Assembly (NCBI GenBank): GCA_036172245.1
Contig: JAYWIR010000029.1
Location: 1,178,001 to 1,242,000 of the forward strand
DNA length: 64,000 bases
Direction of reading: 5' to 3'
Origin: Raillietiella orientalis
Lineage: Eukaryota
Numbering within the stretch: position 1 is the stretch's first letter; every line of letters begins with the position of its first letter. The notes under the pieces were generated by a model that was given only the letters and a program-made list of their open reading frames with translations, was not told the origin of the DNA and ran no database searches. The position numbers and the translations under genes were made by a program. Of the stretch, positions 36,965 to 48,391 are shown one piece after another.

Positions 36965-38047
36965 CGCGTGGGAGGCCTTGTGGTTAAGGCTTCCGCGTGT
37001 GGCACCATGCGTCGCGGGTTCGAATACTTCGGCAGAAACTCTGACGCCACTGCGTCGTCGGGTTCCGAGTTTCTCCTGCAATGGCGCTGGTTGGCCGAGA
37101 CATTCGGGCGTGGCATCGGCGGTGGATAAAGCCGGAGGCCCCCGATGAAGGCCGGAACAATGGGAAATTGACCTTCGGGTCTTCCCAGGAATAAAGGAGT
37201 GGGGAGTTCCCCCTCCGGTCGTACAACGGAGAGTGGACCCCCTCACTGGGGGACCTCTCCGGTTTCAAGATGGAGCAGGAGCCCTTACGGGCACCTCTCC
37301 AGTTGTTCAAAGGAGCGGATCCCCCCTGTTGCGGGGGCCCTCCGAGTCGTCGCCTCTTCACAGAGTGCACAAGGAAGCAAGTGAGAGCGATTCCCTGCGG
37401 GAAGCTGCAGCGCCCCCTCTGAATTTCGGAAGCGTCCCTTCGGGGTTCTCTTCAGAGGAGTGCACAGGAGCGGTTCCCTTGCGGGTTCCCTCCGGAGAAG
37501 AAATTCCTGCTAGCGGATCCCTTTCCGGGTTCCCTTCGGAGAAGTCGAAATGGAGAGGACCACCCCTCTCCCAGGGGGTGTCCCTCCGGAGAGGATGAGG
37601 AAGAAGATTCCCTTCGGGGTTCCCCTTCGGAGACAACCAGGGTGGGAGGTGCGATCCCCCTCGTCCGGGGGGAATTCCTCCCCAAGCGTGAGAGGAACGG
37701 ACTCCGAGCCCTTCCTGGATTCATAGGGCGGACCCCCATTCCGGGGTGCCCTCCTATCCTGAAGAATCACACTGAAGGAATTACACGCCCCCCTGCGGAT
37801 TGCCGCGGACGGAGAGGCGTGGAAACAAAACAGTGTTTTAATGTTTAAAAAGAGCCATTTGCGCCGCGAGGCACTCGGCCGGTTCTGAGGTACTTAGAGA
37901 ACCAAAAAAAAGAAAGCTCTTAAAAAAAAAAAAGCTGAAAGAAAACCAGCATACAGAAGAAAAAAGAAGAACCCAAGGATTTCCATCGTCCTAGGCCAAT
38001 AGTAACGATCTCCTCGTGGGAGCCGCTACTGGCCTTTTAAAAAAAAA
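36965..38047 (+). mobile_element. Long tRNA-headed SINE-like retroposon, copy 1 (~1.08 kb)
   Basis: A-box-like GAGGCCTTGTGGTTAAGG and B-box-like GGTTCGAATAC. GC-rich body, TTTT plus poly(A) end. 17-bp TSD AAAAGGAGGAAGTTGCC at 36948-36964 and 38048-38064. Highly similar to 56419-57442. Confidence 0.85.
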
Positions 38048-38599
38048 AAAAGGAGGAAGTTGCCAGCATCCTTTAGAGGATGCTGAGGACTCCAGGTAGA
38101 AATCCATGATCCTTTCCTTTCCCTCCCTCCTATATAAGTTCAAACTGAACTTTTGTGTTTCGATTTTGTTCTAGTTTTTGCTTCCCCCTTCCCCCACCCC
38201 TCCTGTGCGGACCTCACCGGAGCTGCTCACGAGAAGCAGTGCCTCCGAGTGATTTCCATTCGTAGTGTTGATGTGAAACCGCTACGAAGAAAGGCATTTT
38301 TATCTTGTATATGACCATTTCTTTTGTAAATGTTTTTTTACAATAAACGACCCAGCATGACCGGATGAAAATAAGACCACGAATTTGCACTTTTCATCAA
38401 TATATAGATAATCCTTGAAAACTCTTGTGTTTCTATTCAAACGTTCCGGGGAAAAGAGCAAACTGACGTCCCTCATGATAGACAATTTTGAATGACGCCG
38501 CTCGCTGGTAGGCACATCTCCATTAATATTTAGTGGGGTACTTTCACTGATACATCATTACAATTCATTCACATTGGCAGTTTTTCAACTAATTTGTTT

Positions 38600-40700
38600 A
38601 ACTCATGCTACGAAGCCTTGCTTGGTGTTTACCATTTCTTTTGAGATCGAGGTAGCCTTCTTGTCAGTTAATGATCTCTAGACCTCTTCTTCCACATTCA
38701 TAGGTACCTGTATCTTCTCCCAATGGGCATTCAGCAATGGTATTTGCTGCTGGTGCATACCGTCCTTCTGCTAGAGCTCTTCTCTTATCAAAATATCTTT
38801 TATGAAGAAGGTCGAATATGCTCTGACTTCTGGAATAAACTTCGAAGTTGTGCAAGTTAGTTGGCATAAGCCATCAATCAATACGCCGTATTGCAGTTAC
38901 GTTCCGTAGTTCTGTTGCTTTTTTTTTTTTTTTTCACAAACCATCAGTCCTGATTTAACGTTTTATATAAATCAGTGAGTTTCCTCTGCAAAGTTTCCAC
39001 TTGCTCCACAGTATTCAAGCTTCGGATCCTGGGTCCAAGGTTTTTTACTTTCACCCTGAGGAAGTTCTCTGTGGAAGAACATCGGGAGGGTATCTTGCAC
39101 CTTCATTGGCAACTTGGGTTTCCAAATGATCACGCCTGTTGCCGACCGCATCAGATTTCTCGTGCCTCGAGTGGGCAGTAAATTTTCCTAAGAAGCGCCT
39201 CTTTAAGGCTGGATGCAAAAGTTTCTTTCATAAATCACTGAGAACAAGACAGACACATTCTTAGTCACTATGACATCTCTTTCCTCTAATTTTCATCGGT
39301 AGGTCCCAGGACCTAGGAGTTGTAAGAACATGGTCCTAGATCTCCCTGCTTCTTTGATTTTTTAGATTCACAGCTGAAGAAGAGGTCGGATCTGCTTTCA
39401 CATCGGATCCCATTACGGCCAGCTTTGTTTTCCCATTGAAGCTGACGTCAGCCCTTCTGATCCATTTAGGCGTCCTGTGTGTTGCATCGAGACCACAGAT
39501 CTCCTTTAGACTCAAGTGGTGACAACTTTGTAAGATTCTATAGTGGCAGTGCACCTTGTGAAGTTTTCATCCCATCCCTTTTTTCCTCATTTCCACAAAA
39601 ATTTTTACTTGGCTACTGCTAGAACCACCTTGTAGAGCTTCTTTTTTTGCTCTCCGTATCACATTAAGGACGAACAGGATAACTGAGCACTGTATATAGA
39701 ATTGATCTATGGAAATTTTTTGCTTTCATCTTCAGTCTCTTACACGTCTCTTTTCATTGCTACTCTGCAAATGCATCCAAACAAATACAGGATCCTAAGT
39801 AGCTGGCATCTTCAATCCCTTGAAATTCCTACGTTGATATAAGCTTATTAATTCCAGTATTCAAGATCTTGGACTTCGAGTTCATCTTGAGCTCTTTGTC
39901 CAGTTTCTCCTGACCTTTCTGGTTTTTCAGGAAGAATAGCAGCTCGTCAGCATGCAAGATGTATTTGAACTGTTGTTGAGCAGTCACAACACCTTGAAAA
40001 TATTCATTTGCTCCATGGCTGTTGGCACTGCCTCAATATATGATATAAATAGCATCGGGATTACACTACCCCCTTGACTTCCTTCATTGTAATTTTCCTG
40101 GTAAATGCATCCAAACACAGTGGGAGAGATCCCTTCCTTCACTTAGCTGGCTCCATTATAGTGCCATTTTTGTAGCCTCTCATCTCCATCTCGGGACTGG
40201 CAAACACGGTAATAACATGCGTGAATGACCGCAGACAATGTTATACGGTTAATATTCTCCTCCCACTTCATGTTCATTCAGCTGATCATCCGAGGTCATG
40301 GGTAACCATTCAAGAGATGTGATCCTTTTATAACATCTGTTGGGACTATTATTCTAGGGACGCACTCGTGTTCTGGTCCATCGACTTAAATACTGACCAC
40401 AAACGTAATATCAACATGGCCATAATTCTGGCATGGGGCGCTCAAATAAATTCCACAGATTCACATGAATTGCTATTTCCGTCTTGAATGCTTTTGAGAC
40501 GAGAATTCTGAAAGCGTATTTATCGAAGCCTTGTTTGAGAAGAAAGCTAAAAAATTTAGGAAAGTTGTGGATCGTAGCATTTCTCCCCCAGGTGGAAGAG
40601 AGCCGATTATCAGCTTTCAAAATCCTAAAAGCATCCACAAAGATTACACAGTATTACCGATCATCATGGAAACTCACAGGAGATATGACACATAAGTAGG
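38600..40700 (-). mobile_element. Decayed non-LTR retrotransposon RT fragment
   Basis: Minus-strand remnants GSQGGSVIPMLFISYIE (cf. GxxQGxxLSPxLF, ~40040-40085), ILHADE (cf. YADD, ~39950) and a YL(G)-like motif at ~39785. Confidence 0.55.
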
Positions 40701-41299
40701 CGATGAAAGTGGATTCTGTAAATCTAAATCGCGACTTGTTTTTCTTGAGGGCCGGGGGGAAAGAGGGGTGAGGAAAAACAAAACAAACTAAGGCAGCGAG
40801 AAATAAAACTCAACTGAACAGAAACTCGTTTAATTTACCTTCAAGTGTCACTATTTGTTCATATTTCTTCACGACCACCAAAATTGTGTCACAAATAAAA
40901 TGGAATGTTAGTTAGGCACTCAGAACAACAACGGAAAGAGTTGATCTAAGGCCCAATTAAGACCGAAAATTGATTCAGCAGAGATTCATGAAACGATGAG
41001 TTTGGACCATGCCATTCGAATTGCAGTATATATTTGTAGGTTTGAGGAATTTTTCTTGCTGGCAACAGTTCCAATAAAGTGATCTAGAGGAACTGCTGAG
41101 CAGATAACAGCTGTTCAGCTTCAATGTACCATATGCTCATGAAACAGTGAACCCTTTGAATGGCGTTGTGAAAAAATCGAGAAAACTGCTCTGAAACTTT
41201 CGGTTACTCAATGCAACCGAAAGTGCGAGATGGGACAGCACCAGAAAGACCGGTCTCATACAAAATTCAGTCAACTCTCACTTTACGTGTACTGGAGGA

Positions 41300-44200
41300 T
41301 GATTAAAGTGTATTGAAAGAGAAGACTCTGTATGGTATGAAGATTCTTTGATTCTCCTTGTAACGCTTTAGAAATGTTTTGTGAATTTTTTTTTAAAAAA
41401 AAACACATATTCCTTGTGCTGAAGAAACAGCTTGAGGTGAATGAATGGTCCAACAGGCAATCTCTTCAGCTTATATTTTAAATCTTCACCCTAATGATCA
41501 GAAACACTGCTTTAAAAATGAACCGAACTAATTACTTCTCTTTATCAGAACCTTTCCAAATGAATCTACCTCAAAATTTCGAAGCCCCAAAACTGGACAA
41601 GCCGCTTCCACTTCAGAAATGATTACACATCTTAGGAATCAGTGAATTGAAATCTGGAGATTTTAGTTCTAGGTTTTCACTGCCACAGAACTCCGCCTAC
41701 CTTCCATGTTCAAAGTAGATCCTGAAAATAGAAATGAACGCTGACCCGTTTTTGAAACAAAAATTTAGCAAGATGGAAATACTGAGGTTCCTTCTTCTTG
41801 ATCTTAGACTTTTCCGATCTGAGATGCCAAGACAGAAAGAACATGTACCTACAATGTTTACAAACAGGTATTTGAAGCATGGCTCCCAGAAGATCCAAAT
41901 TAATAGGCAGACAGTTCTTCTATTGATTTACTGGAGCTAAAACCGACGAGACTACCAAAATCTTGAACTGATGTTAAACTGTCTTCAAGATAACTCTGTC
42001 AAGTCTTCTGGAAAGTATTTCATGTTTGTAACTATTCAATGAAAGAACGCGCATCGCACGTACATAAAAACTGTCGCGTGCTGAGGAATAGATCTCAATC
42101 TGACAAAGTAGTGCAGAGATGTTTCTTCCATGCTTGGATTCATTGCCTCGCTGGAAGACTGTAAATGCATTGGTAGCGTTTTGCTTCTACAAATAACTTT
42201 AGCAGGTCACTGAAGCTTCTTTCATGAAAAGTGATCTCACGCACATGACAGAAGAGTTTCATAACAAGTATCTAAAAACATCTTCAGCTGGAAACCTAAC
42301 ACAAGAAGAAAACAAAGCTTTTCATTGCTGTGTTCCTTTGGAATGCTGAGATCTGTAATTCCAGCATTTGCTCTCCAGTCAAGGGAAAAGAAAACAAAAT
42401 AGAGATAGTTGCATGCAACGCTACAAAACTCTCCGAGAAGAGACTGTTGCTGACCTTCCAAAATGCCATCTTTATATGCATTACTTGAGAATTCAGATCT
42501 GTACAAACTCTCTACGATAATTCATCGAGCAGATTGGATCGTGGATGGTCACGTTTTACAGATGCTCTTGAGTTTCATCTCCAAAATTACCAGCTTTCGA
42601 ATGTGCACCCACAGAAATCATGATTCTTGAGTTGTCATTCTTGGGACACGAACACCTCCACTTGGTTCTTGACAAATATACTACATGATGCACTCATCAG
42701 CAAAAGACGGACTTGCTACAACCAGGGAAAATGACGATTCAGTGCAGCATCGCTAGCTTCAGCTCAATCCACAGATGAATGAAGAGACTGATCAGCATTC
42801 CTAAAATTCTGGAACCCTTCCTTAGCAACACTCCAGAACCATAGCCTTAGAAAGTGTTGGTAATTTGCAGTCTGGGCGTAAAAAATGTTCGAAAGCGGAA
42901 CGAAAATTTTCATCTCCATATTCATCATGCCTGACATTCTGATCATACAATTGGTCAGTGAATCAGATCAAATTCAGAATGCATACACGTTTTTCTTTCT
43001 TGGTTTCACCCACAATCGGAAAAGTATTTGTTCCGACTGCCTCATTATATTAAATTAAAGAGATGGCAGAGGAATGTTCCCCTCAGATAAGGGAAAAAAC
43101 AAACATTCCGGTTTATTTCTTATGATAATCCGGCATAAAAGTTGTGTGGGGCATCTTGAGTGCAGCCTGGCTTCTCGACGTCTCTTCACTGAAAATCAGC
43201 TTAAACAATTATGGTGTGTAAAATGAGCAGCAACTCTTAATGGCCTCTATTTTATCACTATGAGGTTAGATTTTGGCTGGATAAAGTGGGTTTCAGATTT
43301 CCGACTGATCCAGCTCTCCACAGGGATGCAATCTGAATAACTGCTGGCCTCTTTCCAAATATTTTCAAATGTTTTGAAACTGATTTTTATCCCAATTGAT
43401 TATCCGATTTCTAGGATATCTTCATTATCATGACTCTCAAGACTCAATGGCCCGATTCTCCACGGAACATCTCGAATTCATTGATTGGTATTTCAGTAGT
43501 ATTCTTGGCTTGGTTAAATTCCCGTACATCTTATTCCTCATGTGTACTTATGCACTATACTTATCCCAAATGTCCTTTATTGCAGTTGTTTCACTTCCTT
43601 TTACTGATTGATGAACTAGTAATCCACCAGGAAAGGAAAGGATAGGAAATTTGGAGGTTTTATCAAAGAGGAAAAGGTACAGATTGTTTTTACTGCTTGC
43701 ATTTAAAGGATCCAGAATATCCACACAAGAGGGTATGACAGTCCTTCACAGAGATTAGACCAAAAAAAAGAATTGACATATTGCTGCATCCTTCACATCG
43801 AAATCCAGGCTGGAAAAATTTTCCTGGCTTTCATTCTGGCTTTAATTCAGCTCTGTTGTGAGATTGAGTTTCGAGCAAATGGGCACTGAGGTTCGCTCTC
43901 CACGAGGGATTGGTCTTTAGACAAGAAAGATCTTTGGTTGTAATGCCATGATCTACCTGACACTAAAAGAAAGATATCTTAAGCTTGCAAAGACAAAAAT
44001 CGCCAACTTTCACGTCCCAGGACCTTCAGAAAAAAGCGCTTGTCACAAATGAAATTTTAATTTTTCACTCTTGCCCCCAAGTTGTTTCAGTGATGCTTAG
44101 GCTCTGTCTTTCTGATGTGCTCTTGCATTTTAAGGCCAAAATATGTTTACTTTCTGAGCATTCTTTCGGATTTTGAACGTGTCTGTATGTTCGTTGAACC

Positions 44201-46500
44201 CGCAACTAATTACTGTCATGTAATAGGCAAGTGGAAGGCTACTTCTTATCTATTCATTCCCCCGAGTTTGTTTACACTGTTTCTAAATTCTTGTTGATTT
44301 TTCGACAGCCTGCTAATGGATTCAAATGCTAATCGCACTTTACAAACAAAGAAATGCATCCAAATCTCGCGCTACGTATCCATGACAATAAGTGGGAAAC
44401 GCCCGGACAATTTCGTAAACATTCCCGTTACAGAATTCCTTCAAGGAAGATGGCAGCTGCTTTTGCATGCACATTTTAGCTTGTTGCTTAGAAGAGAGGG
44501 AAAACTAGACAGGAAGAGAAACCGAGAAACACTTTTCCTTTCTTCAGACTTATTCTCTTTTTCTTTTTTTTTCCCCCCCTCAACTTAAAAGTCCTCTTTT
44601 TTACGATCACCACTGGCGTTTATAAGTGTAAACAGAATTTCTTTTGTGGACAAAGAAGATAAAGTCACCCTTTGGATGTTTGAAGAGGTGCTGCCCTTTG
44701 TTTAGAATCTAATTTGGATACTTTTCCTTTCTAATACTTCTCCTTCTTTATTTAGTTTCTGTTCCCCCCTCATATGGAAGATATTTGGGGAATACTGTAT
44801 CATGACTTCTGCTTTATATTTAGAAAATAGCCTCAGCTCAAAACGAGCTGTTTGGGATATTCTAAAAGATGAAGCAGTCGTAATTTTCATGCCGAAAACC
44901 AGATTAACTAATCCAGAGTGCTTGAAGAAAGCTTTAAATCCCTTGAATTAAGAGCATATGATTATTTCAAAGAGCAGGAATACCCGCAAGCTAAGAATGC
45001 ATGCGAGTAATTTTTGGAAGCACAGATGCTGGACCATTTGATCCAAAAGAAATGGGCGCCACCATTTGGGGGTCTCTCGGAAACATAGTTTACGAGGAAA
45101 CACTCCGTTGCTAAAATGAAGCGAAATTTTCAGTTAGAAGAATGTCGGGTTTTGAAAAGGCAAAATTTGCAAAATGAAGGCAAACAAACTTATCGTTGTC
45201 AATCATTTCTTTCCCTCTTACATAGGATCAATAAGCAGTTGCTTCCACACTGCTTGACGAGATGAAAATTCATATGGAATTGATTGCAACTGTAATTGCC
45301 TAAGGAATGAAATCTCAGAGGGTATATGCAGCGTATCAACACAGTTTCCTTAGCAATTGTAAACAGCGAGTTGTTGCTGCCAAGTTTCTGGTTCATTTGG
45401 CCTCAATTAATGTTAAGCATATTATTGGGCAACGATATCTTCCCAACTGTATAGGTACAAAGTGTTAGTGATCGCATAAGATTATGATGGCTGGAACGAA
45501 AAAGAATAGCATTTTTGCTTGCTGAGCATGGATCTATCTATTTAATTGAACCCTACCTTTGCCAAACATTGAATTTGTCAGGTAAATCAAAAAAAAAGTC
45601 TCATGAACAAGTACAATGGTAAATGGTAGGAAGATGCCATTACGTTATCTTCCATCCATTGGAATATCCCTGATCTACTGATCGTCTTGTTTACACTCTC
45701 TACAATTCTGTATTGGAAAATCGGTGAATAGGTTCTTTTTTCTTCCATTTGGGAGTATTTTTCTTTTGGAGGAGGAACACTTTCGTTTCTTTGGATGGTG
45801 TGCTTGCTGCAGTTCTTCCTTTGGCCAAAGCTTCGATCTTTCGCTTTGAAGTTATTCTTCTTCCAGGATCAGGATTCACACAATATAGTTACCGGAACGA
45901 AGTTTGTCTACTTTCCAAATTTGAAAGGAAAAAGAGGAATGCTCGGAAAATCATGCATCGCTGCTTTCAACAGAAACTCCTGGATCCGAAAGGTGGTATC
46001 TGAACCAAAAAATTGAAACCTCATCTCCAAGATCTCTGTTTGTAATTATTAATAAATGCTGGAAATATTCTCGGCCCCTCTTTCGAGGATTATCCAGCGA
46101 TATGTAAGCCCTGTGATGAACAGCATTCTGGTCTCTCGATGTTCTAACTCCTTCGTGTTCAAATATCTTGGTAACAGCATCCATATAAATCTCTAAAGAA
46201 TTCCTATTAAACTAGGCTAGATCAACAAAGACAGAACCTACTACAAAATTAAGCAGAAGCACATGACTTTTTTTTCCCTCCCAGTAGCAGCAGTATGTAG
46301 TGAAGCTCAGGCTTGCCAACTTTTATCGGAAGCACAAAATCTGAATTTTTGAAAGCAGACCAAGGAACTAATCACAGCAGAGCACATGGCAGGACAAGAC
46401 CTGGCAGCTTCAGGCACTTCCTCCATTAACCAATCGAGTCTTTCGCACTTTTCGGAATCTCTGAAAAGTCTTGTTAAAAGACGATAAAAAAGGAGGAAGA
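41300..46500 (-). mobile_element. Decayed L1/Tx1-like non-LTR retrotransposon relic
   Basis: Minus-strand remnants in RT order: EGLSYP..IFW (~43730), WRIGPLSL..D (~43440), KTFENI (cf. KAFD, ~43370), a QGCP-like motif (~43150), FADE (~42700), GGV..P (~42655). Boundaries are approximate. Confidence 0.5.
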
Positions 46501-47915
46501 AATCAAAATTAATAGAATCGAGGGAAAAAAAGAAGGGGAAAAAAAAAATCAAAGAATCCTAGAACTCCAGGAGCCACAAATTTTAATCGTGTAGTCAAAA
46601 GTCAAAGTTATCACGGAAAGCTGCCATGAAAATTGATAGCCAATAGCTATGTATATGTAAGGACGCAAACTGTACCAAATGTTTTATGTTTTTTTTTTTT
46701 TCATTTGTTGTTTGATTCTCGTTAAGAGGGTGAGTGTACAAGTATGAATCTCTATGCAAAAGAAATGTTTCGAGTCAATAAAAAAATGGAAAATCATTAA
46801 AAAAAAACAATACGCGCCTTATAAGGCACTCTTGAGATTACTTACTACAAGTAACTTTGGATCTCAAGATGTGTTAACAGAAAAAATTAGCACTAAGGAA
46901 ATAAATCTATTATTTTGAAAATTAGAACATCGAGATCTGCATTCTAGTGCCAAAAGAAGCAATTAAACACAGAGCCAAATGCGTGTAAAGGAGGCACAGA
47001 TATTAATATAAATTAAAACAATTATAGTTTCAAAAGCAATAATTTTTGATTTTGCACGGCTAGTAGATTCGAGTGTAACTGTCATAGAATCAACTCTCAA
47101 AACTACAGTCAGAATTCTCTGTGTATCCAGGAATTTAAAAACGAATGCACCAAGAAACTCATTGGGATCACAAATATGATCCAGAAATTTTTCTTATTTC
47201 TACCTTGTTGAGAATTTATTAGAGAATATCAAAAACTGCGGTGTGTATGTAGTCCAAGGTTCTGGTGAGCAACCCTCATGCAAATCACTGTTCTGTATTT
47301 GATGCTCAAGTGCCTTTGGTATTAGACGCAAGGAAAGCTTTTCGAAAATCGGATTTTGTGAGGCATGAGTAACGTACAATTCCAGATATTCAGCTTAGAT
47401 GGAAGTTTTAAAAATCGCGTATAAATCCAGCACTGGGAAGATACCTGAGGCAAATTGAATTCAAAATTGTAGTGCCTACATGAAGTTACGTTTTGTACTA
47501 GTAAAACGGCTGAAGTATGCAGATTTCTAGTACTATTTGGAAAACTGGAATAAAATTATTATTGAAATGGAAATCAGAACAGTGACTTGGCATAAAAATC
47601 GATGCGATGAAAGTGAATGAAATCTCTTGAGAATTTAAACATGCACTTTTATTATATGTAAGTATAATCCGGTACTTAAATTATCATGCGCGTATTCAGC
47701 GCTCGTTCGAATTTACTGTGGTGTTGAGACCACATTTTGACATCTCCCTAGTTACATCGCAGCAGGTGCATAGTAATGCTCCTATTATGTAGAAATATAG
47801 TAACTGGGAAATTTAGTCAAAATAACAGATGCTTTCCCATCAAATGAAGGGAAACAAAATTGTCAATAATGAAAGCTTTGTGATAAAAAGCATGTGATTG
47901 CAGATTTGATCATTA

Positions 47916-48391
47916 ATGAAGATGGTAGAGAAGTTACAACGAATAGATGTTTGGTCTCTGGGCATAGAACTGGTGAATGAAGCAGGTAAAGTGTATAAAG
48001 ATTCAGGTGAAAGTAAGTCCTCCCTTATCGCACTTTTTTTCTTACAACAAATAAAGTTTCAGATCCAGTTCTGAAAGCCTTGCATTGCATTTTCCAAGGA
48101 ATCCTACAAGGTGCATTTGAATTAATAGATCATAATGGTATCACATTGATCTGCGGCAAAAATGGCAGAAAAATATTTAAAATTATAGGAAGCTCGGGAA
48201 ACTGTTATTATTGTCTTGAATATTCAAATTATTGTACTTGTACATTTTTTAAACAAAATGTTTTGAAACAAAAGCTCTGGGTAACATGCAAACATTGTTT
48301 AGCATCTAGACTAAGTAAAGCCATGGGAAATTATTACCAGATTGAAGTAGAAGATAGAATCATCGTAAATTTGTTGCTTTCCTTAGAATAA
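47916..48391 (+). CDS. ZSWIM7: Zinc finger SWIM domain-containing protein 7 (SWS1 homolog), ~143 aa; exons 47916-48012 and 48057-48391
   Basis: 44-nt GT-AG intron keeps frame (..YKDSGE-I-SDPVLKALHCIF). SWIM motif YCTCTFF-x-CKHCLA; GSSGNCYYC motif; size typical of the family. Confidence 0.88.

Larger units (their letters stand above)
28400..38300 (+). mobile_element. Near full-length decayed L1/Tx1-like LINE (ORF1, APE endonuclease, RT, C-terminal zinc-finger region) carrying three nested insertions
   Basis: ORF1-like PPEVLDA..DVRNGAKSVEM (~28745-28910). EN-like VRLQEE (~29820), VVDRF (~32460), PGFGK (cf. GxWKLN, ~34020). RT VFQKAYE (~34905), CLSPL, YADV (~35220), LRWQ..SLCGKR (~35400). C-terminal KWQD..LLHWTIP..HLSLDC..VW (36529-36885). 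Confidence 0.7.

Noticed and set aside
36965..37040. Functional tRNA-His gene
   Set aside because: A and B boxes are present but the acceptor and anticodon stems do not pair properly; it is the head of the repeat element.
37435..37635. CRISPR array interpretation of the repeat-spacer pattern
   Set aside because: Eukaryotic context, degenerate repeats, short uneven linkers shared by both copies, no cas genes, and the array is inside a TSD-flanked retroposon.
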